From Ignicoccus hospitalis KIN4/I (GTDB lineage: Archaea > Thermoproteota > Thermoprotei_A > Sulfolobales > Ignicoccaceae), in the NCBI RefSeq assembly GCF_000017945.1, contig NC_009776.1, forward strand, positions 1,260,001 through 1,292,000: a stretch of 32,000 nt of DNA, written 5' to 3'. This document shows, in pieces, positions 25,613-32,000 of this stretch (positions within the stretch are counted from its first letter, which is position 1; every line of letters begins with the position of its first letter). The position numbers and the translations under genes were made by a program. The notes beneath the pieces were generated by a model that did not search any database, was not told where the DNA came from, and worked only from the letters and a program-made list of their open reading frames with translations.

Positions 25613-27802
25613 TTGGCTCTGCTCCCGGTAAGAGTCTTGGCGAAGGAACTCCGACTGAGGGTCGCTGAGGCAAAACAGAGGGACGTCGGGAGAAAGATCG
25701 CTAGGATCAGTAGGAAGAATATGAGGGAGTTGGACGTAGTCACTGGAGACTTCGTCGAAGTAGAGGGTCCTAAGGGCAGCATAGTACTCCAAGTCTGGCC
25801 CGCCTACCCCCAAGACGAAGATAAGGACATAATCAGGATGGACGGCTACGCGAGGAACCAGATAGGCGTCAGCGTGGGAGATTACGTGACCGTAAGGAAG
25901 ACTAAGGTAGAAGAAGCTACCAGAGTGGTGTTGGCCCCCACCGAGCCCTTGGAGTTCGGCCCCGACTTCGTCGACTACGTAAAGAGGATATTAATGGGCA
26001 AGCCCCTAATGAGGGGAGAGAAGGTACAGATACCGTTCTTCGGGAGCACCATAGAACTGATAGTCACCGCCACCCAGCCCAGCCCGAGAGTTTACGTAAC
26101 TGACAAAACCGAGATCGAGATAAGCAAGAAGCCGGTCAAGGAGGAAGCCGTCAGGGGCGTGCCTAAGGTAACTTGGGAGGACATAGGCGACCTCGAGGAG
26201 GCTAAGGAAAGGCTGAGGGAGATAGTCGAGCTGCCCATGAAACACCCGGAGATCTTCAGGCATTTGGGCATCGAGCCCCCGAAGGGAGTGCTCCTCTACG
26301 GTCCCCCCGGCACCGGTAAGACCATGTTGGCCAAGGCCCTAGCCAACGAGATAGGCGCATACTTCATAGCGATAAATGGACCAGAAATAATGAGCAAGTA
26401 CTACGGCGAGAGCGAGCAGAGGCTTAGGGAGATCTTCGAGGAGGCGCGCAAGAACGCTCCGAGCATAATATTCATAGACGAGATAGACGCAATTGCCCCC
26501 AAGAGGGAGGAGGTAACCGGAGAGGTCGAGAAGAGGGTCGTCGCTCAGTTGTTGACCTTGATGGACGGCCTCCAAGAGAGGGGCAGGGTTGTGGTAATAG
26601 GTGCGACCAACAGGCCGGACGCCATAGACCCCGCCCTCAGGAGGCCCGGGAGGTTTGATAGAGAAATAGAGATCCCGCCGCCGGACAAGAGGGCTAGGAA
26701 GGCCATCTTAGAAGTTCACACGAGGAACGTCCCCCTGGCCGAGGACGTAGATCTAGACCGGATAGCGGAGATGACCCACGGTTACACCGGAGCGGACTTG
26801 GCGGCGTTAGTAAAAGAGGCCGCAATGAACGCGCTGAGGAGGTTCTTCAAAGAGAAAGGAATAGACTTGACCAAGGTTGAGAAGGTGCCGGCGAGCGAAC
26901 TGGAGAAGCTGAAGGTGACCTTCCGCGACTTCCTCGCCGCCATGAAGGTTGTGCAACCGACGCTCATGAGAGAGGTTTACATAGAGGTGCCAGAGGTACA
27001 CTGGGAAGACATAGGCGGCCTCGAGGACGTGAAGCAACAGCTGAAGGAGGCCGTCGTCTGGCCGCTGAAGCACCCCGAGTTCTTCACCGAGATGGGCATA
27101 GAGCCGCCGAAGGGGATACTCCTCTTCGGTCCTCCCGGCACCGGTAAGACCTTGCTCGCCAAGGCGGCTGCCACGGAGAGCCAAGCGAACTTCATAGCGG
27201 TCAGGGGACCGGAGATCTTGAGCAAGTGGGTAGGCGAGAGCGAGAAGGCGATAAGGGAGATCTTCCGCAAGGCCAGGCAAGCGGCCCCGACCATAGTGTT
27301 CTTCGACGAGATAGACAGCATCGCGGCCAGGAGGGGCAAAGACGTAAGCGGCGTGATAGACAGAATAGTCAACCAGCTGCTAACCGAGATGGACGGCATA
27401 GAGCCGCTCCAGAGGGTTACGGTAATAGCCGCGACCAACAGGCCAGACCTCTTGGACCCTGCGCTGCTGAGGCCCGGGAGGTTCGACAGGCTGATCTACG
27501 TCCCGCCGCCAGATAAGAAGGCGAGGTTGGAGATATTCAAGGTCCACACCAGAAGGATGCCGCTGGCGGACGACGTGGACTTGGAGAAGTTGGCGGACAT
27601 GACCCAAGGCTACACTGGCGCCGACATAGCGGCGCTCTGCAGGGAAGCGGCGTTGATCGCCTTAAGGGAGAACATGAAGCCGGTCCCAGTAACCATGAAG
27701 CACTTCGAGAGGGCGATGAAGGCGGTAAGGCCAAGCTTGAAGAGAGAAGACATACTGAGGTACGAGAGGTTGGCAGAAGAGGTGAAGAGGAGCGCTATCT
27801 AA
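25613..27802 (+). CDS. cdc48: CDC48/VCP-type AAA+ ATPase (two AAA domains plus N-domain)
   Basis: N-domain [19 protein letters not shown]...GDFVEVEG. Two Walker A sites, [13 protein letters not shown] and [13 protein letters not shown]. Two Walker B sites, IIFIDEID and IVFFDEID, and the SRH region [17 protein letters not shown]. The start could be the TTG at 25637. Confidence 0.93.
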   Translation: MALLPVRVLAKELRLRVAEAKQRDVGRKIARISRKNMRELDVVTGDFVEVEGPKGSIVLQVWPAYPQDEDKDIIRMDGYARNQIGVSVGDYVTVRKTKVEEATRVVLAPTEPLEFGPDFVDYVKRILMGKPLMRGEKVQIPFFGSTIELIVTATQPSPRVYVTDKTEIEISKKPVKEEAVRGVPKVTWEDIGDLEEAKERLREIVELPMKHPEIFRHLGIEPPKGVLLYGPPGTGKTMLAKALANEIGAYFIAINGPEIMSKYYGESEQRLREIFEEARKNAPSIIFIDEIDAIAPKREEVTGEVEKRVVAQLLTLMDGLQERGRVVVIGATNRPDAIDPALRRPGRFDREIEIPPPDKRARKAILEVHTRNVPLAEDVDLDRIAEMTHGYTGADLAALVKEAAMNALRRFFKEKGIDLTKVEKVPASELEKLKVTFRDFLAAMKVVQPTLMREVYIEVPEVHWEDIGGLEDVKQQLKEAVVWPLKHPEFFTEMGIEPPKGILLFGPPGTGKTLLAKAAATESQANFIAVRGPEILSKWVGESEKAIREIFRKARQAAPTIVFFDEIDSIAARRGKDVSGVIDRIVNQLLTEMDGIEPLQRVTVIAATNRPDLLDPALLRPGRFDRLIYVPPPDKKARLEIFKVHTRRMPLADDVDLEKLADMTQGYTGADIAALCREAALIALRENMKPVPVTMKHFERAMKAVRPSLKREDILRYERLAEEVKRSAI

Positions 27803-28185
27803 GCTCCTCTTTTACAAGGCGGATTGTTGGGATCATCTACCTTTATTTTCAGCTTCAAGCACATTTTGGTCAACTCCGAGTAGAATATGCACTCGTGGCA
27901 CGTCCGGGCCTCCTCAGGTTTCTTAAAACCTCCGGCGGGCGGTGGCGCCTCTTCCCTAACTGGCTCTCGACGCGGGGGCGCTTCTTCTGCTTCCTTCCTC
28001 GTCTCAGCGACCTCGGCCTTCTCCTCCTTCGCTCCCGCGTACTGCCGATATATCGGACACTTCTGATAGTGGTCGGAAGTACAAGGGTACTTGAGCGGCG
28101 ACACCTTCTTGTTTATTAGCTTACAGAAGACGGCGAAACCCTTCTTTTCGCCATAAGGACACTTGACCGTCAACTTCGGGCCCAT
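27799..28185 (-). CDS. Cysteine-rich protein of unknown function (two Cys4 modules joined by an acidic Pro/Glu/Ala linker)
   Basis: N-module [37 protein letters not shown]-module [29 protein letters not shown]. The ATG lies about 20 nt from the minus-strand A/T box TTTATAAT, consistent with a leaderless mRNA. Confidence 0.55.
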   Translation of the reverse strand: MGPKLTVKCPYGEKKGFAVFCKLINKKVSPLKYPCTSDHYQKCPIYRQYAGAKEEKAEVAETRKEAEEAPPRREPVREEAPPPAGGFKKPEEARTCHECIFYSELTKMCLKLKIKVDDPNNPPCKRGA

Positions 28186-28204
28186 TAGGTATCCTTTAGC
28201 ACAA

Positions 28205-28212
28205 ATTATAAA
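28205..28212. promoter_or_regulatory. A/T box ATTATAAA / TTTATAAT in the divergent spacer between the Cys-rich gene and taw1
   Basis: This is the only strong A/T octamer in the 76-nt spacer. It lies 19 nt from the ATG at 28185. Confidence 0.35.
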
Positions 28213-28261
28213 GAGAACAGTAAGTACCGTTGAGCCTATTAACTAAAAAGTCCAGGGACGC

Positions 28262-29323
28262 GTGGGCTTACAACGGCGCGGAAGATTGTTAAGAGCTGAC
28301 GTAGTGTCGACGATATTAGAACGGTTGAGGAAGGCCGGTTATCACATAGTCGGCTCGCACAGCGCAGTAAAGAAGTGCCACTGGACTCACGTAGCCTTGA
28401 CCGAGAGGAGGTTCTGTTATAAGTGTAAGTTCTACGGCATCGCTTCCCATCGCTGTCTACAAATGACCCCGGCCGTCATATGGTGCTGGCTCCGCTGCTT
28501 GCACTGCTGGAGGGCCGAGCCCGGAGACTTGGGCCTCCAGTGGGACGACACCAAGCTCCCCACAGTGGACGACCCGGCCTTCATAGCTGAGAAGAGCATC
28601 GAGGAGCAGAGGAAGATAATCAGCGGCTACAAGGGCCATCCCAAGGTAGATCCGAAGATGTTCGAAGAAGCGATGAACCCGAAACACGTAGCCATAAGCT
28701 TATCTGGAGAACCTACGCTATACCCGAGGCTCTCAGAACTCATCGAAGAGTATTACAAGAGGGGCATGACCACGTTCTTAGTAACCCACGGCGTGAGGCC
28801 CGACGCCTTGGCTGAGCTGGACCCGGAGCCCACGCAGCTATACCTAAGCTTGGAAGCTTGGGACGAGAAGAGCTTCAAGGAGTTCAACCGTCCGGTACTG
28901 CCGGGTCTGTGGAGCGCGGTGCTTCAGAGCTTAGACATCTTGCCGAGCTTCTCCTCCCCAACAGTAATTAGAATAACCTTGGTAAAGGGCTTTAATGACC
29001 ACGAGAGGGCGTTAGAGGGCTTGGCCAAGCTGGTGGAGAGGGGCTACCCGACGTACGTGGAAGTTAAGGCCTACATGAACGTGGGCTACTCTAGGTACAG
29101 GCTCACGAAGGAGAACATGCCCACCCACGCGGAGGTTAGGAGCTTCGCGGAGAGGTTGGCAGAGAAAATAGGATACGACGTCGTCGACGAACAGAGGTCC
29201 AGCAGGGTTGTCCTCTTGTCTAGAATCGGGAAGCCGATAAGGGTCGGCGAGGGCTGTCCCGGCGGGAAAGCCGGGGAGCTGCCGGAGGGTACAGAGTACG
29301 AGCTCAGCGAGCGCGTGAAATGA
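28262..29323 (+). CDS. taw1: 4-demethylwyosine synthase (radical-SAM TYW1/Taw1)
   Basis: GSHSAVKKCHWT...CYKCKFYGIASHRCLQMTPAVIWCWLRCLHCWR carries the Taw1 auxiliary-cluster and CxxxCxxC regions. A likelier start is the GTG at 28304 (MSTILERLRKAGYHIVGSH). Confidence 0.88.
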   Translation: MGLQRRGRLLRADVVSTILERLRKAGYHIVGSHSAVKKCHWTHVALTERRFCYKCKFYGIASHRCLQMTPAVIWCWLRCLHCWRAEPGDLGLQWDDTKLPTVDDPAFIAEKSIEEQRKIISGYKGHPKVDPKMFEEAMNPKHVAISLSGEPTLYPRLSELIEEYYKRGMTTFLVTHGVRPDALAELDPEPTQLYLSLEAWDEKSFKEFNRPVLPGLWSAVLQSLDILPSFSSPTVIRITLVKGFNDHERALEGLAKLVERGYPTYVEVKAYMNVGYSRYRLTKENMPTHAEVRSFAERLAEKIGYDVVDEQRSSRVVLLSRIGKPIRVGEGCPGGKAGELPEGTEYELSERVK

Positions 29324-29330
29324 TTTATTA
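29323..29330 (+). promoter_or_regulatory. A/T box ATTTATTA upstream of tRNA-Arg
   Basis: 22 nt separate the box from the mature 5' G (29353). The box overlaps the taw1 stop codon. Confidence 0.45.
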
Positions 29331-29352
29331 GCTTCATAGAGTGCTCACCGAG

Positions 29353-29431
29353 GGCCCCGTGGCCTAGCCTGGACTAGGGCGCCGGCCTGCGGAGCCGGAG
29401 GTCCCGGGTTCAAATCCCGGCGGGGCCGCCA
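29353..29431 (+). tRNA. tRNA-Arg (anticodon GCG), CCA encoded
   Basis: Acceptor GGCCCCG/CGGGGCC, anticodon stem CCGGC/GCCGG with loop CTGCGGA, T arm CCGGG-TTCAAAT-CCCGG, discriminator G, CCA at 29429-29431. Confidence 0.92.
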
Positions 29432-29681
29432 CGACCAGACAATTACGAGTTGTCCGCCACACGAGGGCCCCACACACCCGCCCGCGAAGCGTGTACCGTG
29501 TTTCACATGATACATTTAAGTTGGTTGTTAGAAAGGGGTATCAAAGCCTTCTTGTAAACGAAACTTTTGTGTGCGGTAACATTATCTTTAAGGCTTTACT
29601 CGAGGAGCACAACCGTTTACAAGTCTCGAATCTGCGCTATAACCGACAGCAACGAGTTTACAAAGGGGGACTTAGAAATAC

Positions 29682-29686
29682 AAAAA
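29682..29686 (-). terminator. Oligo-T (TTTTT on the minus strand) downstream of the beta-propeller gene
   Basis: The minus strand reads AATATTTTTGTATTTC, about 30 nt after the stop at 29720. Confidence 0.3.
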
Positions 29687-29719
29687 TATTGATAGAGAGG
29701 TAGATGATTGAGACGTAAC

Positions 29720-30694
29720 TCATCCTAATGAGGGAAGAGTCTCGTTGCCTACTCCCCCTTCCTTAACGTTCCGTTTTTCGTGTACAGGTTCATGCGCGGG
29801 AGCGCCGGGGCTCGAAGCTAAGGTGTAGAACTCCACTTTCCCCTTTTCTGCTATTGCTATCACTCCCCTAGACCAAGAGAGCGCCGTCGGCTTCCCTTTG
29901 AGGTCCTTCTGGACCAACGCCTCGCCGTTGAGGTCATATACCGTTAACTCGCCCTCTTGCGCAACTGCCACCTTAGAGCAGAAATCGTCGAAGGCGACGA
30001 AGGTCGGCCCGCGGGTCTCCTTTTCTATTATTTTTCCCCGTTCTATCGAGCCCACGACGAAGCCTCCTTCCTTAGAGATCGCTAGGAGCTTTCCACATGT
30101 ATCAATCGACAGGACGACCTCGCCGTAGTCCCCGCTGTCCACGACGTCCCCTTTAAGCGTCAGAGAGTACAACTTGCCTTTCATGTCCCCAAAGATCACT
30201 TCGGCTCGTTCTTGGAGGGGGCTGAAAACGATTTTCAGCGCCAACGGCATCACTCCGTTCAGTCCTTTGTAACCCCAAATCAGTTCGGCTTTTTCGTTTA
30301 CAATGTCTAAATGAAACATTCCTATGTTAAAGTCTGCAAGCGCTGCGAAAGGCCCAATCACGTCTATTGCACCTGTAAAGTCCTCGTCCACTTGCACAGA
30401 AGCCAGAGGCCGTAAGTTCATAGAAAGAGCGTGCACGAAGCCCTTAGTTGTAACGTAGATTATGGAACCGCTTACGTCCATTCCGTATATTTCCTCTCCT
30501 AAATCGTACTCGCCCAAGAGGGCGCCTCTTAGGTCGCTAGTGTATACCTTCCCTTGGTAAGTTGCTATGACAGAGTAACCCTTGCCTATGAATACTTTTA
30601 TCGGGGTACCGTCCACCTCAACCGTCCCGAGTGAGGTCAGGTTGAGCGAGAAGGTCAACAGGCTCAAAGTCAGTAAAACCAGTAAGTGTTTCAC
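29720..30694 (-). CDS. Secreted beta-propeller-like repeat protein (PQQ/WD40-like blades), unknown function
   Basis: Signal peptide MKHLLVLLTLSLLTFSLNLTSLG. Blade-like units recur: GKVYTSDLRGALLGEYDLG, GKLYSLTLKGDVVDSGDYG, GELTVYDLNGEALVQKDLKG and KGKVEFYTL. The GTG start is preceded by GGAGG. GC is lower than in the neighbours. Confidence 0.6.
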   Translation of the reverse strand: MKHLLVLLTLSLLTFSLNLTSLGTVEVDGTPIKVFIGKGYSVIATYQGKVYTSDLRGALLGEYDLGEEIYGMDVSGSIIYVTTKGFVHALSMNLRPLASVQVDEDFTGAIDVIGPFAALADFNIGMFHLDIVNEKAELIWGYKGLNGVMPLALKIVFSPLQERAEVIFGDMKGKLYSLTLKGDVVDSGDYGEVVLSIDTCGKLLAISKEGGFVVGSIERGKIIEKETRGPTFVAFDDFCSKVAVAQEGELTVYDLNGEALVQKDLKGKPTALSWSRGVIAIAEKGKVEFYTLASSPGAPAHEPVHEKRNVKEGGVGNETLPSLG

Positions 30695-30786
30695 TACTTG
30701 TGGCCTCCGTCAGTTCAAGCTACGAACTTAGTCCTAAAAAGGGCAAGCCTAACCGGTTAGTTTCCTAACTGCTATAGAAGGGCCTT

Positions 30787-30865
30787 TGGTGCGGCGGCCG
30801 GGATTTGAACCCGGGATCACCGGCTTGGAAGGCCGGCATCCTAGTCCAGGCTAGACGACCGCCGC
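30787..30865 (-). tRNA. tRNA-Gly (anticodon TCC), CCA encoded
   Basis: Acceptor GCGGCGG/CCGCCGC, anticodon stem CCGGC/GCCGG with loop CTTCCAA, T arm CCGGG-TTCAAAT-CCCGG, discriminator A, CCA at 30789-30787. Confidence 0.92.
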
Positions 30866-30888
30866 CCGGGGGGCGCTTAACGGAACCT

Positions 30889-30896
30889 CTTATAAA
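30889..30896 (-). promoter_or_regulatory. A/T box TTTATAAG upstream of tRNA-Gly
   Basis: 23 nt separate the box from the mature 5' G (30865). The box lies directly after the aspS stop. Confidence 0.45.
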
Positions 30897-30897
30897 C

Positions 30898-32000
30898 TTA
30901 TGGCACCAAGCGCTTCATATCCCTCGGGAAGGTGCTGGCGAGCCTCACGTTGGGTATCCCAGCTACCGGGACCATTAGCCTTTGGAGTCCCATTCCCCAA
31001 CCGGCGTGCGGGGGCATCCCGTAGTCGTACCACTTTAAGTACCATTCGAAGTTAGCCGGGTTCAAGCCTCTCTTCTTTAACTCCTCCTCTAGCTCGTTCC
31101 TTCTGTGAATTCTCGTACTCCCGCTGGAGATCTCTAGGTGACGCCAGTTCAAGTCGAAGCTCTCGCTCAAGTCTACCTCCTTCCCGCCTATGACCTCCTT
31201 GCCTCCCCTCTTTGTGTAGAAAGGCCTCACGTCGGCGGGCCAGTCGGTTATGAAATAGAAGCCCCCAGAGGTCTTGCCCTCCCTTTCCAACGCCTCGCTC
31301 AACTTCCTCAGCTCGGGCGTGCCGAAGTCCTCTCCCGGCTCCACTTCCACGCCCTCAGCCTTCAATATTTCCCAAGCCTCCTTGTAGGTTATTCGAGGTA
31401 TTGGGAGGTTCACCTCAGGGGGCTCGTGGCCCAATACCTCCAACCACTTCCTACCCTCATTCTTAACGCTGTCAATTACCCTCTTCACGACGTTTTCTAA
31501 GACTTTCATCACGTCGTTGTAGTCCGCGAACGCCATTTCTACGTCAACAGAAATGAACTCCGCTAGGTGGTAGGGGGTGTCGCTCTCCTCGTGACGCCAC
31601 GCGGGAGCTATTTCGAAAACGTACTCCAGCGAGGAGGTCAGCAGCTCTTTGTAGAGCTGGGGGCTTTGGGCTAAGTAAGCCGTCTTGCCAAAGTAGAAGA
31701 CCGGGACCAGTTGGGCCCCGCCTTCGGTTCCGGAGGCTATTATCTTAGGGGTGAACACCTCGACGAAGTTTAAACTGTACAAGTATTCTCTTATAGCCTT
31801 GGCGCTCAGTGAGACCAGCCTCAACACCGCTTGGCTCTCGGGCCTCCTGAGGTCGATCGGCCTGTTGGCCAGCCTGGTGTCGATGTGTGCGTCGACCTTG
31901 CCCGATACGTCTAAGGGCAAGGGACTCTTGGCTTCGTTTAGAACTTCTATTTCCTCCCCGCTGAGTTCCACGCCTCTTGGGGCCCTGGGGTCCCTCCTAA
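30898..32000 (-). CDS. aspS: Aspartyl-tRNA synthetase, archaeal type (catalytic domain; N-terminus beyond the right edge)
   Basis: Class IIb motifs [53 protein letters not shown], and the C-terminal [11 protein letters not shown]...[10 protein letters not shown]. The frame stays open upstream of the track's GTG 'start' through to position 32000. Confidence 0.9.
   Translation of the reverse strand, partial: RRDPRAPRGVELSGEEIEVLNEAKSPLPLDVSGKVDAHIDTRLANRPIDLRRPESQAVLRLVSLSAKAIREYLYSLNFVEVFTPKIIASGTEGGAQLVPVFYFGKTAYLAQSPQLYKELLTSSLEYVFEIAPAWRHEESDTPYHLAEFISVDVEMAFADYNDVMKVLENVVKRVIDSVKNEGRKWLEVLGHEPPEVNLPIPRITYKEAWEILKAEGVEVEPGEDFGTPELRKLSEALEREGKTSGGFYFITDWPADVRPFYTKRGGKEVIGGKEVDLSESFDLNWRHLEISSGSTRIHRRNELEEELKKRGLNPANFEWYLKWYDYGMPPHAGWGMGLQRLMVPVAGIPNVRLASTFPRDMKRLVP

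Noticed and set aside
26200-27500. Long internal similarity within 25613-27802
   Set aside because: It is explained by the two tandem AAA+ domains of CDC48 (GPPGTGKT...DEID...ATNRPD...RPGRFD occurs twice). It is not a repeat element.
11969-27802. NFACT (RqcH-like) plus CDC48 as a eukaryote-like RQC gene cluster
   Set aside because: The two genes are about 12 kb apart and separated by many unrelated housekeeping genes on both strands. There is no positional linkage to support a system.
29543-29663. Possible CRISPR-like or C/D-box sRNA signal in the GTTTACAA repeats
   Set aside because: The repeats are only 8-10 nt, are partly inverted, and are irregularly spaced, so this is not a CRISPR array. 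I found no RUGAUGA/CUGA box pair at sRNA spacing; the nearest is AUGAUAC at about 29507, with no D box.
29491-29703. 70-aa plus-strand ORF (GTG start) in the tRNA-Arg/propeller spacer
   Set aside because: Its AT-rich codon usage is unlike every confident gene here. It has no SD or A/T box at a sensible distance, and its N/K/R/L-rich translation carries no motif. I treat the region as non-coding and report it as a finding instead.
1-32000. Mobile elements, integrases, toxin-antitoxin pairs, restriction-modification or known defence genes
   Set aside because: I recognised none in any frame. The only HEPN-like ORF lacks the catalytic R-x4-6-H motif and has no nucleotidyltransferase partner, so I make no defence or TA call.

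Overview
Dense, mostly housekeeping chromosomal segment from a hyperthermophile-type archaeon. Evidence for this: archaeal r-proteins S4e, L24 and zinc-type S14, plus fibrillarin, Taw1, CDC48, A/T-box promoters about 25 nt upstream of genes, and K/E/V/R-rich proteins. GC is roughly mid-50s % by eye. The gene order carB-carA / thiolase-lysW-lysX / HIT-prepilin peptidase resembles Desulfurococcales, and from memory Ignicoccus; I cannot verify this without a search.

Contents:
- carB (partial) and carA
- an AtoB-type thiolase
- a small LysW-type carrier gene that the ORF track misses, with its LysX/ArgX ATP-grasp ligase
- a HIT protein and an A24 prepilin/preflagellin peptidase
- a PP-loop (PAPS-reductase-like) ATPase
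- a truncated r-protein cluster S17-L14-L24-S4e-L5-S14-S8 (S14 is also missing from the ORF track)
- a CBS protein and an NFACT/RqcH-like protein
- purT, fibrillarin, an MtaB-like radical-SAM methylthiotransferase, thyX, a Pop5-like RNase P subunit, argH, CDC48, taw1 and aspS (partial)
- five intron-less tRNA genes (Leu-CAA, Gln-TTG, Val-CAC, Arg-GCG, Gly-TCC)
- several orphan secreted or membrane proteins

I found no rRNA, CRISPR array, transposase or integrase.

Nothing amounts to a clearly new multi-gene system. The points most worth a second look are:
1. The LysW-like carrier ends in ...EDWGQ rather than the canonical ...EDWGE, and sits alone with its ligase.
2. All five tRNA genes have an A/T box at a near-fixed distance from the mature 5' end and all encode CCA.
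3. An uncharacterised co-directional cluster: HEPN-like protein, two polytopic membrane proteins, wHTH regulator.
4. A Pop5-like protein with a hydrophobic N-terminal extension, coupled to two unknown small proteins.
5. A low-GC cassette bracketed by tRNA genes, holding a secreted beta-propeller and an unexplained 288-nt spacer.
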